Of a DNA stretch of 64,000 bases, positions 63,628 to 64,000 are shown piece after piece. The position numbers and the translations under genes are program-made. The DNA lies in the NCBI GenBank assembly GCA_964016885.1, contig OZ024740.1, positions 33,480,001-33,544,000 of the forward strand. Direction: 5' to 3'. The DNA comes from Eledone cirrhosa (Eukaryota). Below the pieces are notes generated by a model that was not told where the DNA came from, made no database searches, and saw only the letters and a list, made by a program, of their open reading frames with translations. Each line of letters starts with the position of its first letter. Within the stretch, counting starts at the first letter, position 1.

Positions 63628-64000
63628 GATGTCTAAAAGATACAATGCTTCAACTTTGTATGAGGGGTATTATAGGTTTATATCTGTCATAATAGAGATT
63701 TGATAACACTGTATATACAATTTAAATCATATCAGTTTGAAATACATACACATACAATAAACAATAAGTATAAATATGAGTTAGAAAACAAATACAGTCC
63801 GTTAGTTACACCTAGCCACTGGTTAACTTAGTGTTTTCCTCTAAAGTACTTATATTACTCATAACTTTCAGTACTACATCTCCTATTGCAGCTGATAATA
63901 CATGTGATTAAATTGATTATCGTGAATACAGTTAACAAAATGGACAATAACGATAAAAAGAATCCTAGCTGTCCCAATATGAAATAAGTTAGTATATCAC

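Overview
AT-rich, repeat-dense animal genomic DNA, most likely an octopod cephalopod (inferred from RTE LINEs with (GAT)n tails, CORE-type and Meta-type tRNA SINEs and abundant (TA)n/(CA)n). Two convergent spliced genes were reconstructed by hand: a 9-exon LanC-like gene (LANCL1/2 family, + strand, 1680-29035, 400 aa) and a COQ10 gene (- strand, about 55683-45892, about 209 aa). Almost everything else is mobile DNA: one near-intact and many truncated RTE LINEs, SINEs sharing their tails, piggyBac and hAT MITEs, LTR-retrotransposon remnants, a Penelope-like GIY-YIG remnant, minisatellites and inverted repeats. The most notable observations are (i) four unrelated type I hammerhead-ribozyme motifs, each close to (TA)n runs and one downstream of the GIY-YIG ORF; (ii) a C4HC3 PHD-type finger embedded in the RT/thumb region of two divergent RTE families; (iii) long potential dsRNA structures inside the host introns. 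All calls come from reading the sequence; no searches were run and repeat boundaries are approximate.
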